A stretch of DNA of 64,000 nucleotides from Bacilli bacterium (GCA_045117995.1 JBGUOH010000005.1:13913-77912); one strand, 5' to 3'. Shown: positions 46,308 to 55,520, numbered from the stretch's first letter. The notes: generated by a model from the sequence alone, not told the origin. Translations and numbers: made by a program.

Positions 46308-46562
46308 ATGGCAACAATCACATTTAAACCAAATAACGTCTGCTCTAGAGAGATGATCATAGAACACGAAAATGGTGTTATCACACACGCCACAATCGTC
46401 GGTGGGTGCATGGGTAACACGCAAGGTCTATGTCGTTTAATTGAGGGCATGAAAATCGAAGATGTGATTAATAAATTAAAAGGAATAAAGTGCCGTGGTT
46501 CTAGAACAGGCGAAACATCCTGTCCTGACCAACTTGCAATTGGCCTAGAAAATAACAAATAA
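46308..46562 (+). CDS. Small TSCPD-domain protein (4-Cys, TIGR03905-like)
   Basis: 84 aa with VCSREM...GGCMGNTQG...ETSCPDQL. Starts 2 nt after the pduL stop. Confidence 0.75.
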   Translation: MATITFKPNNVCSREMIIEHENGVITHATIVGGCMGNTQGLCRLIEGMKIEDVINKLKGIKCRGSRTGETSCPDQLAIGLENNK

Positions 46563-46564
46563 AT

Positions 46565-46590
46565 AGCAGGCTTCAAAACCTGCTTTTTTC
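46565..46590 (+). terminator. Intrinsic terminator after the pduL-TSCPD pair
   Basis: Stem AGCAGG/CCTGCT followed by T6. Confidence 0.8.
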
Positions 46591-46602
46591 TTATCGTATT
46601 TA

Positions 46603-46630
46603 TTGCGTTATTTTTTAAATACCTTATAAT
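46603..46630 (+). promoter_or_regulatory. Promoter for metK (TTGCGT-16-TATAAT)
   Basis: -35 at 46603-46608 and -10 at 46625-46630, just upstream of riboswitch P1. Confidence 0.55.
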
Positions 46631-46637
46631 AGTTGTG

Positions 46638-46741
46638 CTTATCAAGAATCGCGTAGTAGAGAATGTAATAACGCGATAGCAACTCTCTTAATGGAGTAAG
46701 TGCTCTTCTCTAGCAAGGTTCCCACAACCTTGAGCGATAAG
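46638..46741 (+). promoter_or_regulatory. SAM riboswitch aptamer (SAM-I clan, shortened P2/P3)
   Basis: P1 CTTATC/GATAAG; AAGA; P2 ATCGCG...CGCGAT; AGCAAC; P3 ACTCT/GGAGT; AAGTGC; P4 AAGGTT/AACCTT; GAGCGATAAG. Located upstream of metK. Confidence 0.65.
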
Positions 46742-46758
46742 TTGAAGGAAAAAAGAAT

Positions 46759-46790
46759 GCCCTTCCATGAATGTGGGAGGGCTTTATTTA
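46759..46790 (+). terminator. SAM riboswitch terminator
   Basis: Stem GCCCTTCC/GGGAGGGC followed by TTTATTTA. GAAGG at 46744-46748 can pair with CCTTC as an anti-terminator. Confidence 0.75.
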
Positions 46791-46806
46791 TACGGAGATA
46801 TATAAC

Positions 46807-47976
46807 ATGCAAAAAGAAAAGATCTTATTTACCTCAGAATCAGTCAGTGAAGGACATCCTGATAAAGTGTGTGACCAAATCGCAGACGCTATTTTGGATG
46901 CCTGTTTAAAAGAGGATAAAAACGCTAGAGTGGCTTGCGAAGTTTTCGCCAGTAACAATTTTGTCTTAATTGGTGGTGAAATCACATGCAAGGTCCAACC
47001 AAATTACGTGCAAATCGTTAAAGATGTCTTAAAAGATATCGGTTATGATAGACCAGAACTTGGTACCGACTATCACGATGTTGAAGTTATGGTGAAGGTT
47101 AAAGAACAATCACACGATATTTCCATCGGTGTCAGTCAAAAAAGACCAGAAGATATTGGTGCGGGTGACCAAGGTATTATGTTTGGTTACGCCTCAAATG
47201 AAACAGAAGGATATATGCCTTTAGCGATTTCCATTGCCCACAAATTAGTGAGAGAAGCAACAGCACAAAGAAAAGCGGGTGTCTTTAAGCACGCTCGTCC
47301 AGATATGAAGTCACAAGTGACTATCGATTATACCGATCCAAACAACATTCGTATCGATACAGTTCTTATGTCCATCCAACACGATGACAATATTGATTTA
47401 AATGAATTCAAAAACTATGTTGTTGAAAACATCATGAAGAAAGTCGCTAAATCATTTGGCTTAAACACAGACTTTAAAGTTTACTTTAACCCAACTGGCA
47501 AATTCGTCATCGGTGGTCCTACAGGTGATACAGGCGTGACCGGTCGTAAAATTATTGTAGATACATATGGTGGCACATGCGAACACGGTGGTGGCGCCTT
47601 CTCAGGTAAAGACCCAACTAAGGTCGATAGATCCGCTGCATACATGGCTAGATACATCGCTAAGAACCTATGCGCTGCGGGTGTGGCTAAACGCTTAAGA
47701 GTGCAACTTAGCTACGCTATCGGTGTTAACCAACCATTATCAATTAACGTGAGAACATATAAAACATCCAGTTACAGTGATGACAAGATCCTCTCCATCG
47801 TGAGAGAAGTCTTTGACTGCCGTCCTGGTATGATTATTAAAAACTTCAACTTAACTGACCCAACATTCAAATACCATGAATTAACCAACTATGGCCATTT
47901 TGGTAGACCAGACCTTGATTTACCTTGGGAAAAGCTCGATAAAGTTGAACAAATCAAAAAGTTGTTAAATAACTAA
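46807..47976 (+). CDS. metK: S-adenosylmethionine synthetase
   Basis: Starts MQKEKILFTSESVSEGHPDK; contains GAGDQG and GGGAFSGKD. GGAG SD. The ORF-track start at 46771 lies inside the terminator. Confidence 0.96.
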   Translation: MQKEKILFTSESVSEGHPDKVCDQIADAILDACLKEDKNARVACEVFASNNFVLIGGEITCKVQPNYVQIVKDVLKDIGYDRPELGTDYHDVEVMVKVKEQSHDISIGVSQKRPEDIGAGDQGIMFGYASNETEGYMPLAISIAHKLVREATAQRKAGVFKHARPDMKSQVTIDYTDPNNIRIDTVLMSIQHDDNIDLNEFKNYVVENIMKKVAKSFGLNTDFKVYFNPTGKFVIGGPTGDTGVTGRKIIVDTYGGTCEHGGGAFSGKDPTKVDRSAAYMARYIAKNLCAAGVAKRLRVQLSYAIGVNQPLSINVRTYKTSSYSDDKILSIVREVFDCRPGMIIKNFNLTDPTFKYHELTNYGHFGRPDLDLPWEKLDKVEQIKKLLNN

Positions 47977-48004
47977 GACTTTTATGTATAAAGCAGAAAT
48001 GTAA

Positions 48005-48013
48005 TGGTATAAT
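48005..48013 (+). promoter_or_regulatory. Extended -10 promoter for hpf (TGgTATAAT)
   Basis: Located at 48005-48013, with a ~45-nt leader containing a GGAAGGAGG SD. Confidence 0.5.
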
Positions 48014-48061
48014 TAAGTTGATAGAACTTCTGTTTCATAATTTGGAAGGAGGTTACAACAT

Positions 48062-48616
48062 ATGAAATACCAAATTATCGGCAAAAACATCCAGGTTACA
48101 GACGGCATTGCTTCGGCGATTGAGAAAAAGTTGTCTAAAATGGATAAATTTTTTCTTATTAACGATGATGTCGAATGCCGCGCTGTCGTCAGTGTGCATG
48201 GCGAAACACAAAGGGTAGAAATTACAATTTTCTTACCTCAAATGCCTTTACGTGCTGAAGTCGAAGATCAAGATTTATACGCCGCTATCGACTTAGCAAT
48301 CGACAAACTCGTCGGTCAAATGCGTAAAGTTAAGACCAGAATGGATCGTTCTCGTGGTCGCGAATCATTTATTGACGCAGTCCAATTCCAAGAATTACTT
48401 GAAGAACAAGGCGATGACAAAGAAGAAGATGTCGTCGTCAGAGCTAAATCATATTACTTAACACCAATGAAAATCGATGAAGCCATTCTTAGAATGGAAG
48501 CATTAGGACACGATTTCTTCGTCTATCTTGATGAAGAAGATGACCGTATCAGTGTCGTTTATATCCGTCGTGATGGTGGATATGGCGTCATCCAAGCGGA
48601 GAATCCTATCGCCTAA
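48062..48616 (+). CDS. hpf: Ribosome hibernation promoting factor (long form)
   Basis: 184 aa with an N-terminal YfiA/HPF fold (IIGKNIQVTD) and a C-terminal dimerisation domain (FFVYLDEEDDRISVVYIRRDGGYGVI). Confidence 0.9.
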   Translation: MKYQIIGKNIQVTDGIASAIEKKLSKMDKFFLINDDVECRAVVSVHGETQRVEITIFLPQMPLRAEVEDQDLYAAIDLAIDKLVGQMRKVKTRMDRSRGRESFIDAVQFQELLEEQGDDKEEDVVVRAKSYYLTPMKIDEAILRMEALGHDFFVYLDEEDDRISVVYIRRDGGYGVIQAENPIA

Positions 48617-48637
48617 TCTAACAAAAATGACAAAAGA

Positions 48638-48660
48638 AGCGGGTTTACCCGCTTTTTTTA
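48638..48660 (+). terminator. Intrinsic terminator after hpf
   Basis: Stem GCGGG/CCCGC followed by T7. Confidence 0.8.
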
Positions 48661-48708
48661 TTTTACCCTCGCGCATTAAAAAACATGTGACATTCGTTTT
48701 TACGCGTG

Positions 48709-48722
48709 TATAATATAGGGGC
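48709..48722 (+). promoter_or_regulatory. -10 element placed for a leaderless or near-leaderless mRNA
   Basis: TATAAT at 48709-48714, then 8 nt, then ATG 48723. Confidence 0.4.
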
Positions 48723-49574
48723 ATGGCAAAATTACTCGCTATTGATTTAGACGGAACATTATTTTATCCAAAAAATATCAGCCGTTGCATTCCTCGTAAG
48801 AATGTAAAGTTTTTACGTAGATGGATTGATGCGGGTAACAAATTAGTGTTAGTGACTTCTCGTTCCACACAATTCACCGATCGTTTAAAAGGTGAAATAA
48901 AAAGACCAGTGGACTTCATCACATGTTGTTCCTCACAAATCTTCGCGGACGAAAAGCTCATCTACGATAAGGCAATGCCTAATCGCGAAATCAAAGAAAT
49001 TGTCGAAACAATTGAAAAAGCGTACGAACCAATCGCTTTATTAATGACAACTGACAATCATCCATGTATTATTAAAACTAGTCGTAAAGTCTCGTTCATC
49101 TTTAGATGGTTCTACAAAATCTGGTGGTGGTTCCAATTCGCTTATCGTGAACCATTCGTCGCAGATGATGAATTATTCATTAAAGAGTTAGAAACAGCGA
49201 GAATCTTTAAGATTATGATCTTCATCGGTCTTAAGAAGAAGAAAGCGCAAATCGCTAAGGAACTTAATAAGGAATTCCGTCAAAAGTTCCCAGAAATCGA
49301 ATCTTCTTGGACTGTCCAGGTCAATGAGTTAACCCCTGAGGGTTGCAATAAAGGAAATGGTGTTGAAAGATACTGCCAATTAACTGGCATCAAACCAGAA
49401 GATGTCTATGTTGTTGGTGATTCCGGTAATGATATCACTATGTTTAGTAAGTATTACGAACATAGTTACTGCATGAAGCGTGGCCATCCAAGTGCGAGGA
49501 AATACGCTAAGCATATTATTTCCAGGGTCTACAAATTAGAAAATCTTATTTTGGAAGGAGAAAATCATGAATAA
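48723..49574 (+). CDS. Cof-type HAD-IIB hydrolase
   Basis: AIDLDGTLF, VTSRS and GDSGNDITMF motifs. Confidence 0.8.
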   Translation: MAKLLAIDLDGTLFYPKNISRCIPRKNVKFLRRWIDAGNKLVLVTSRSTQFTDRLKGEIKRPVDFITCCSSQIFADEKLIYDKAMPNREIKEIVETIEKAYEPIALLMTTDNHPCIIKTSRKVSFIFRWFYKIWWWFQFAYREPFVADDELFIKELETARIFKIMIFIGLKKKKAQIAKELNKEFRQKFPEIESSWTVQVNELTPEGCNKGNGVERYCQLTGIKPEDVYVVGDSGNDITMFSKYYEHSYCMKRGHPSARKYAKHIISRVYKLENLILEGENHE

Positions 49575-50409
49575 CTTTAGTTTATACACCTTTAGACTTT
49601 ATCACTACTTGCTTACAATCCGTGACACCCTTGAATACTCCATCAAGAGAGATCATTCAATGGAAGTCTACAACAACCGTAAGAAAATTCTTGAAGACAA
49701 CTTAAAAGAAGGTACACCTTTCGGTGATTTCTTAAAGAATAACGGTGAAGCTGGTGATAAAATCAGAGAAAAGATTAACCAATTCTTATCTGAATTATAT
49801 TCAGATGAAAGCACAATCTTAATGCCTTCTGGTGACCAAGTCCGTGTTGATACCGCTCAACTCGTCACATTATTCGATATGACAGTGGGTTTAACAGAAA
49901 CAATGCGTGACATCGTGTTCCAATATGTCAGCTATGGTATTAAGAACAACGAAATCGATCAATTACTTATCAAGTTAGTGGATCAAGACGAAAGAATGTA
50001 TCGTGTCGTCTTATCAATGCTCGCTATGAGAGTCTTTGAAGAATCATTCGCTGAATTCCAAAAGGTCATGAATGAAAGCCAAGGCAAACCAACACCACAA
50101 AGCAATTTCATTGTTCAAAATGAACTTGCTAAACTAACAGGTTTCTTACGCTTCTCACGTCAACACGCACACTGCACTGATAACGAAACACTCGACTTAT
50201 TAGATGAAACATTACGTGTCTTAGAAATGACCGAAGGTAGAAGACAACGTCCTGAAGGCAAAGGTTTCAAAGAAATCTTTGAAGACTTAAACAAGAAACT
50301 CAACGAAGCGACTGCTAAGACAGAAGCTGCTTGGAAAGCAACATATCAAGAAGTCGTTAACGAAGTTACAAAAGCTCAACCACAACCACAAGCGGAAGCC
50401 GCTAACTAA
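49567..50409 (+). CDS. Hypothetical helical protein, no recognisable family
   Basis: 280 aa. 8-nt overlap with the Cof gene (ATGAATAA). C-terminal Q/P/A-rich tail. Confidence 0.55.
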   Translation: MNNFSLYTFRLYHYLLTIRDTLEYSIKRDHSMEVYNNRKKILEDNLKEGTPFGDFLKNNGEAGDKIREKINQFLSELYSDESTILMPSGDQVRVDTAQLVTLFDMTVGLTETMRDIVFQYVSYGIKNNEIDQLLIKLVDQDERMYRVVLSMLAMRVFEESFAEFQKVMNESQGKPTPQSNFIVQNELAKLTGFLRFSRQHAHCTDNETLDLLDETLRVLEMTEGRRQRPEGKGFKEIFEDLNKKLNEATAKTEAAWKATYQEVVNEVTKAQPQPQAEAAN

Positions 50410-50427
50410 TAAAGGAGAATTAAATTT

Positions 50428-50805
50428 ATGGCTAAAAAGAATAAATTACCAGTATCAATTGTCGAACTCGTCTGGTATCCCATCTGTGCATTGGTTATCT
50501 TATGGGGTTTAACATATGTTGTTCTCGGTTTAGTCACTAAATACAACAACATTACTGCTTTAACAGAATTCGATGCTAACTTCAAAAAGTTATTTGGTTT
50601 AAACCTCTATTTCTGGGGCTTAATCATTGTCGCTATCGGTGCTGTTGCAGCCGTCGTCGTCATGCTCTTCTTTGCTAAGAGATTTGACCGCGCTAGTGAA
50701 AGAGAACAACGTAGAAGTGCCCGTCTTAATGCTTTAAAGAAAGAAGAAGAAAAAGTTGTTGCCGAACAACAACCAGAAGTCGTTGAAGCAAAACCAGCGG
50801 AATAG
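50428..50805 (+). CDS. Hypothetical 2-TM membrane protein with a charged tail
   Basis: 125 aa. AAGGAGA SD lies 9 nt upstream. Confidence 0.6.
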   Translation: MAKKNKLPVSIVELVWYPICALVILWGLTYVVLGLVTKYNNITALTEFDANFKKLFGLNLYFWGLIIVAIGAVAAVVVMLFFAKRFDRASEREQRRSARLNALKKEEEKVVAEQQPEVVEAKPAE

Positions 50806-50830
50806 ACCTTCCAAAACAATTCGAAATATT

Positions 50831-50858
50831 AGGGCTTTAAAAAGCCCTTTTATTTTGT
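50831..50858 (+). terminator. Intrinsic terminator
   Basis: Stem GGGCTT/AAGCCC followed by TTTTATTTT. Confidence 0.75.
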
Positions 50859-50871
50859 TTCTTTTTAAAAG

Positions 50872-50888
50872 TGCTACAATATAAAGGT
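50872..50888 (+). promoter_or_regulatory. Extended -10 close to the start codon
   Basis: TGcTACAAT at 50872-50880, then 8 nt (ataaaggt), then ATG 50889. Confidence 0.4.
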
Positions 50889-51515
50889 ATGAAATATCTA
50901 GTTATTATTTCCACGTTGTTTGTCATTGGATCATTAATGGGCTGGGTTATTGAACTATTCTTTAGACGTTTTGTGTCACAAAAGAAATGGATGAACCCAG
51001 GCTTTCTAACCGGTCCATATTTACCAATATATGGCTTTGGTGTAGCGGTCCTTTATGGCGTTAGTAATGTCCCATTAGGAATCACCAATCAAGTTATCGA
51101 CATCATAGTGAGAGTCATCATTATTGGTGTGGGCATGACACTCATTGAATTTATCGCGGGTTTAATATTCATTAAAGGCTGCAAGATTAAACTTTGGGAC
51201 TACTCAAACCGTAAAGGCAATATCATGGGTATTATTTGCCCATCATTCTCCTTAATCTGGTTAGTCGTGGGTTCTTTATATTATTTCTTATTAAATCCAA
51301 TTTTAGTTGATGGTATTTCTTGGATTAGTGAAAACCTTATCTATACTTATTTCGTCGGCGCGGTCGTCGGTGCAATGATTGTGGACTTCGCTTACTCCAT
51401 CCATTTAGCCACGAAACTTAAAGAATATAAGGAATTAAGTAATCTTAGATTCGAAGAATTTAAGAAAGAACTTAAACGCCGTATCAATAATCTCCGCAAT
51501 AAGGAAAGCAAATAA
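50889..51515 (+). CDS. Polytopic membrane protein, putative ABC-transporter type IV / CmpB-like (DUF1113)
   Basis: GWVIELFFRRF...NPGFLTGPYLPIYGFG pattern recalled for this family. The GTG 50871 start is rejected because it lies in the promoter. Confidence 0.5.
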   Translation: MKYLVIISTLFVIGSLMGWVIELFFRRFVSQKKWMNPGFLTGPYLPIYGFGVAVLYGVSNVPLGITNQVIDIIVRVIIIGVGMTLIEFIAGLIFIKGCKIKLWDYSNRKGNIMGIICPSFSLIWLVVGSLYYFLLNPILVDGISWISENLIYTYFVGAVVGAMIVDFAYSIHLATKLKEYKELSNLRFEEFKKELKRRINNLRNKESK

Positions 51516-51516
51516 A

Positions 51517-51549
51517 GAAAAAATCCCAATAGCTTGGGATATTTTTTTG
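51517..51549. terminator. Bidirectional terminator (the + gene and tRNA-Ser)
   Basis: Stem ATCCCAA/TTGGGAT flanked by A- and T-tracts. Confidence 0.8.
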
Positions 51550-51552
51550 TTT

Positions 51553-51643
51553 TGGCGGAGGAAGAGGGATTTGAACCCTCGCACACTGTTACATGTCTAC
51601 GAGCTTTCCAAGCCCGCCCCTTCAGCCTCTTGGGTATTCCTCC
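51553..51643 (-). tRNA. tRNA-Ser (anticodon GGA), class II
   Basis: Acceptor GGAGGAA/TTCCTCC, anticodon loop TTGGAAA, long variable arm, T-loop TTCAAAT, CCA encoded. Confidence 0.88.
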
Positions 51644-51729
51644 GTAAGCCGAACAATATTTGGACGTGCGAATAGTATTATAACAAAAATTTTTAATTAT
51701 GCACTCTTTATTTAATAAATATTTATTTA

Positions 51730-51741
51730 TAGAATAATGAT
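51730..51741 (+). promoter_or_regulatory. -10 element placed for a leaderless mRNA
   Basis: TAGAAT at 51730-51735, then 6 nt (aatgat), then ATG 51742. Confidence 0.4.
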
Positions 51742-52728
51742 ATGCGTAAATATATCATTAAAAAGAGCGAAGAAGGACAAACTTTAGAGAAGTATATTCA
51801 GAAGCTTCTTAAGTCCGCTCCTAATTCCTTTATATATAAATTATTTAGAAAAAAAGACGTTAAAGTTAACGGTCATCATGAAGACCGCAAATTTGTGGTG
51901 TCTGAAAATGATGAAATTGCTATCTATATCAAAGAAGAACAATTTGAAGAATTCTTGAAAGAAAAAGGCTATGAAGCTAACAATCAAATCCAAGATTGGA
52001 TTGTCTATGAAGATGAAAATGTCTTATTCATCAATAAACCACGTGGACTTCTAGTCCAAAAAAGCGCTCCTCAAGACGAATCATTAGACCAAATGGTCGT
52101 GGAGTATTTAATTTATAAAGGTGAGTATAATCCTAATAAAGAACTAGCGTTTAAACCTGGACCAGCCCATCGTCTAGATAGAAATACATCTGGTATCGTC
52201 GTCTTTGGTAAAAACCATCAATCTTTAGAGTTATTGTTTGAACTCTTTAAGAATCACGATTTGATTAATAAACACTATCTCGCCTTAGTAGTGGGTCAAA
52301 TGGAAAAAGATAAAGACACTATTAATGCGCCTTTAAGAAAAGATGAAAAAACAAATACAGTGACTGTTGCCTCTCTGGAAAAAGGTGGTAAAACTGCTAA
52401 AACAGTTTATAAGGTCATGAAAAAGTATGAGGACTATAGTTTATTAGATGTCACGCTTTTGACTGGTAGAACGCACCAAATTCGTGTTCATCTTGCCTAT
52501 ATTAATCATCCAATCATTGGCGACGAGAAATATGGTGATTTCCAAGCCAATAGAATATTTAAAAATAAATATGGTTTTAATAAACAATTCTTACACGCTT
52601 ATAAGATTGGCTTTGGTGATTTACCAAAACCACTCACTAATTTAAGTAGAAAAGAATTCGTCGCTGAACCTAGAGAAGAAATTGCAAATATCCTAACTAT
52701 GTTAGACAATAATAAAGAAGGGGAGTAA
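51742..52728 (+). CDS. RluA-family (RluC/D-like) 23S rRNA pseudouridine synthase
   Basis: S4-like N-terminus; HRLDRNTSG (catalytic Asp) and GRTHQIRVH. Confidence 0.88.
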   Translation: MRKYIIKKSEEGQTLEKYIQKLLKSAPNSFIYKLFRKKDVKVNGHHEDRKFVVSENDEIAIYIKEEQFEEFLKEKGYEANNQIQDWIVYEDENVLFINKPRGLLVQKSAPQDESLDQMVVEYLIYKGEYNPNKELAFKPGPAHRLDRNTSGIVVFGKNHQSLELLFELFKNHDLINKHYLALVVGQMEKDKDTINAPLRKDEKTNTVTVASLEKGGKTAKTVYKVMKKYEDYSLLDVTLLTGRTHQIRVHLAYINHPIIGDEKYGDFQANRIFKNKYGFNKQFLHAYKIGFGDLPKPLTNLSRKEFVAEPREEIANILTMLDNNKEGE

Positions 52729-52734
52729 ATAGCT

Positions 52735-54435
52735 ATGAGTACAAAAGAGAATTATTTACGTTGGCTTAATTCCAATAAAGTTAGTGAAAAAGATAAAGAA
52801 ATCTTGAGAAACATGAATCAAGAACAAATTGATGATGCTTTCTTTAAAGATGTGGAATTCGGTACCGCTGGTATGAGAGGTGTTCTTGGACCAGGAACCA
52901 ATAGAATGAATAACTTCACAGTCAAAAAAGCCACTGTGGCGTTTGCTAAATACTTATTAGAACTTTTCCCAAATGCGAAGAGTGATGGTGTGGTAATTTC
53001 CCACGATAACAGACACATGTCGCGTGAATTCACACTTTTAAGCGCTGAAACATTAAATGATTTTGGTATTAAAACATATATCTTTGATTCTTTAAGACCA
53101 ACACCTGAATTATCATTCGCAGTGCGTTATCTTAAAGCTTGTGCGGGCATCATGATTACTGCTTCCCATAACCCAAAACAATATAACGGTTATAAGGTTT
53201 ACGATGAAACAGGTTGTCAATTAGTTCCAGATAAGATTAAACGCTTACTAGAAATCATTGATGAACTTCCAAACGAATTAGATGTCGAATATGAAAAAGC
53301 CGCGAAACGTGGTGAGAATATTCTTTTAGATAACAAAGTTGATGATGAATATGTCCGTCTAGTGGAATCTATCTCTATTAATAGAGATTTAGATAAATCT
53401 AACTTCAAAGTAGTCTTTACTCCTAACCATGGTACTTCATACGTTAATTCCATGCGTATTTTTAAGGATTTAGGCTATCGCATCTTCCCAGTGATGAGCC
53501 AAGTTGATCCAGATCCAGATTTCTCTGGCACCTTATCTCCTAACCCAGAAGATCCAAGAGCGTATATTGAACCAATCAAACTCGCTAAAGAGATTGATGC
53601 AGATTTAATTGTCATGACTGACCCAGATGGTGACCGTGTGGGCTTAGGCTATAAAGCTAAAGATGGTAGTTATCAAACATTAACTGGCAACCAATCCGCG
53701 GCGTTATTAATGGATTACATCTTTGCGCAAAAGAAAGAAAAAGGCACCCTTTCAGACAATGGTGTCATGTACTATACAATCGTGACCTCTTCCTTAGGAA
53801 GAGATGTCGCTGAACATTATGGTGTTAAGGTCGAAGAATTCTTAACCGGCTTCAAGTTCATTGGAAATCGTATTGATTACTATGAAAAACTTGGTCATGG
53901 TCCAAAGTTTGAATTTGGTTATGAAGAAAGCTATGGTTGTTTGATCGCTCCATTTGCGAGAGATAAAGATGGCTGTCAAGCTATCTTAATGTACTGTGAA
54001 ATGGCTTTATACTATTTCTTAAAAGGCATGAGATTAGATGAAGCTTGGGATGATTTAAGCAAAAGATTTGGCTATCATCAAGACCTTACATATTCCATGG
54101 AATTCTTCGGTAGTGAAGGCCAAGCCAAAATGGATAACTTAATGAACACTCTTCATAACGATCCATTCATCGAAATTAACGGCTTAAAAGTGGTGCAAGT
54201 TGATGACATCGAAAAGAGCGTGAGACTTACAAAACAAAGCACGTCTCCAATCAATTTGCCAAAATCTAATGTTGTGAAGCTCTATTTGGAAGATGGTAGT
54301 ATCGTCACAGTTAGACCTTCTGGAACTGAACCAAAAGTTAAGTTCTACATCGGCACCAAACTCAAAGAAAAACCAGTGGACAATTCTTTCCCAGAAGCCC
54401 TCTATAAAGGCATTAAAGAAGTACTTAAATTGTAA
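52735..54435 (+). CDS. Phospho-sugar mutase (phosphoglucomutase/phosphomannomutase, PgcA-like)
   Basis: 566 aa with TASHNPKQYNGYKV (phosphoserine loop), DPDGDR and GYEESYG. Confidence 0.9.
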   Translation: MSTKENYLRWLNSNKVSEKDKEILRNMNQEQIDDAFFKDVEFGTAGMRGVLGPGTNRMNNFTVKKATVAFAKYLLELFPNAKSDGVVISHDNRHMSREFTLLSAETLNDFGIKTYIFDSLRPTPELSFAVRYLKACAGIMITASHNPKQYNGYKVYDETGCQLVPDKIKRLLEIIDELPNELDVEYEKAAKRGENILLDNKVDDEYVRLVESISINRDLDKSNFKVVFTPNHGTSYVNSMRIFKDLGYRIFPVMSQVDPDPDFSGTLSPNPEDPRAYIEPIKLAKEIDADLIVMTDPDGDRVGLGYKAKDGSYQTLTGNQSAALLMDYIFAQKKEKGTLSDNGVMYYTIVTSSLGRDVAEHYGVKVEEFLTGFKFIGNRIDYYEKLGHGPKFEFGYEESYGCLIAPFARDKDGCQAILMYCEMALYYFLKGMRLDEAWDDLSKRFGYHQDLTYSMEFFGSEGQAKMDNLMNTLHNDPFIEINGLKVVQVDDIEKSVRLTKQSTSPINLPKSNVVKLYLEDGSIVTVRPSGTEPKVKFYIGTKLKEKPVDNSFPEALYKGIKEVLKL

Positions 54436-54468
54436 AACAAAAGCAAGGCATCAAACCTTGCTTTTTTA
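54436..54468. terminator. Bidirectional terminator between pgm and trpS
   Basis: Stem AGCAAGG/CCTTGCT flanked by A- and T-tracts. Confidence 0.8.
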
Positions 54469-54482
54469 TTACTTTGTAATAA

Positions 54483-55466
54483 CTATTGTAATAAGCCCAC
54501 AGCTTTTTGCACTCTTTTGAGTGTTTGGTTAGCAATCTTGCTAGCTTTTTCAGCGCCTTCTTTAAGAGCTTCAACGTAACTCTTATTAGCAATGATTTCT
54601 TTATATCTAGCTTGGAATGGTTCGAGTTCTTCAATAACTGCATCCGCGACCGCTTTCTTGAAATCACCATATCGATAGCCTTCAAATCTCTTTTCGGCTT
54701 CTTCAATAGTGATGTCTTTCATACAGCAATAGATTTGGATTAAGTTAGAGATACCTGGCTTATTTTCTTCATCATATTTAACTTCACAGCCCATATCAGT
54801 AACTGCAGACATAATTTTTTTACGGATAACCGCTGGTTCATCTTTTAAGAAGATGTCACCTTTTGGATCAGATTTAGACATTTTCACTGTTGGATCACTT
54901 AAAGACATGATTCTTTTACCAACTTTACGGAGTTCCGCTTTTGGCATGGTTAAGATTTCACCATATCTGTTATTAATGCGGTTAACTAAGTCACGTGTGA
55001 GCTCAATGTGTTGAACTTGGTCTTCACCAACAGGGATGATGTTAGCGTCGTATAAGACAATATCACACGCCATTAAGACTGGATAAGCAAACAGACCTAA
55101 ACCGATAGCGTTTTCTTTTAATTTGGCGGATTTATCTTTGAACTGAGTCATACGGGATAATTCACCCATGTATAAGTAGTTCTGCATAATAGCGTTTAAT
55201 TCTGCGTGAGCGGAGACGCTACTTTGAAGGAACAAGGCGTTCTTTTTCGGATCAAGACCAGCGGCTAAATAGAAAGCTGCTAAGTCGATTGAATTTTGTC
55301 TTAAAACTTCTGGATCAATTGGAAGAGTTAAAGCATGTAAGTCCGCGATGAAAATAAAACATTCGCCACGGTCGTTCATGTTTTTTAAATTCTTTAAAAC
55401 GGCAATGTAATTGCCTAATGTTAATTGTCCAGTTGGTTTGATACCTGTTAAAATACGTTCTGCCAT
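54483..55466 (-). CDS. trpS: Tryptophan--tRNA ligase
   Basis: 327 aa with GIKPTGQLTLGNY (HIGH-like) and KMSKSD. Confidence 0.95.
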   Translation of the reverse strand: MAERILTGIKPTGQLTLGNYIAVLKNLKNMNDRGECFIFIADLHALTLPIDPEVLRQNSIDLAAFYLAAGLDPKKNALFLQSSVSAHAELNAIMQNYLYMGELSRMTQFKDKSAKLKENAIGLGLFAYPVLMACDIVLYDANIIPVGEDQVQHIELTRDLVNRINNRYGEILTMPKAELRKVGKRIMSLSDPTVKMSKSDPKGDIFLKDEPAVIRKKIMSAVTDMGCEVKYDEENKPGISNLIQIYCCMKDITIEEAEKRFEGYRYGDFKKAVADAVIEELEPFQARYKEIIANKSYVEALKEGAEKASKIANQTLKRVQKAVGLLQ

Positions 55467-55520
55467 AAAATATTTTACCGCCTTGATATTTAGTTTAGTC
55501 TTTTACGAGACTAATATCAA

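Noticed and set aside
46700-46909. Upstream extensions of metK (start 46771) and the overlapping ORF 46700-46909.
   Set aside because: They run through the SAM riboswitch and its terminator. A GGAG SD and the conserved MetK N-terminus support ATG 46807.
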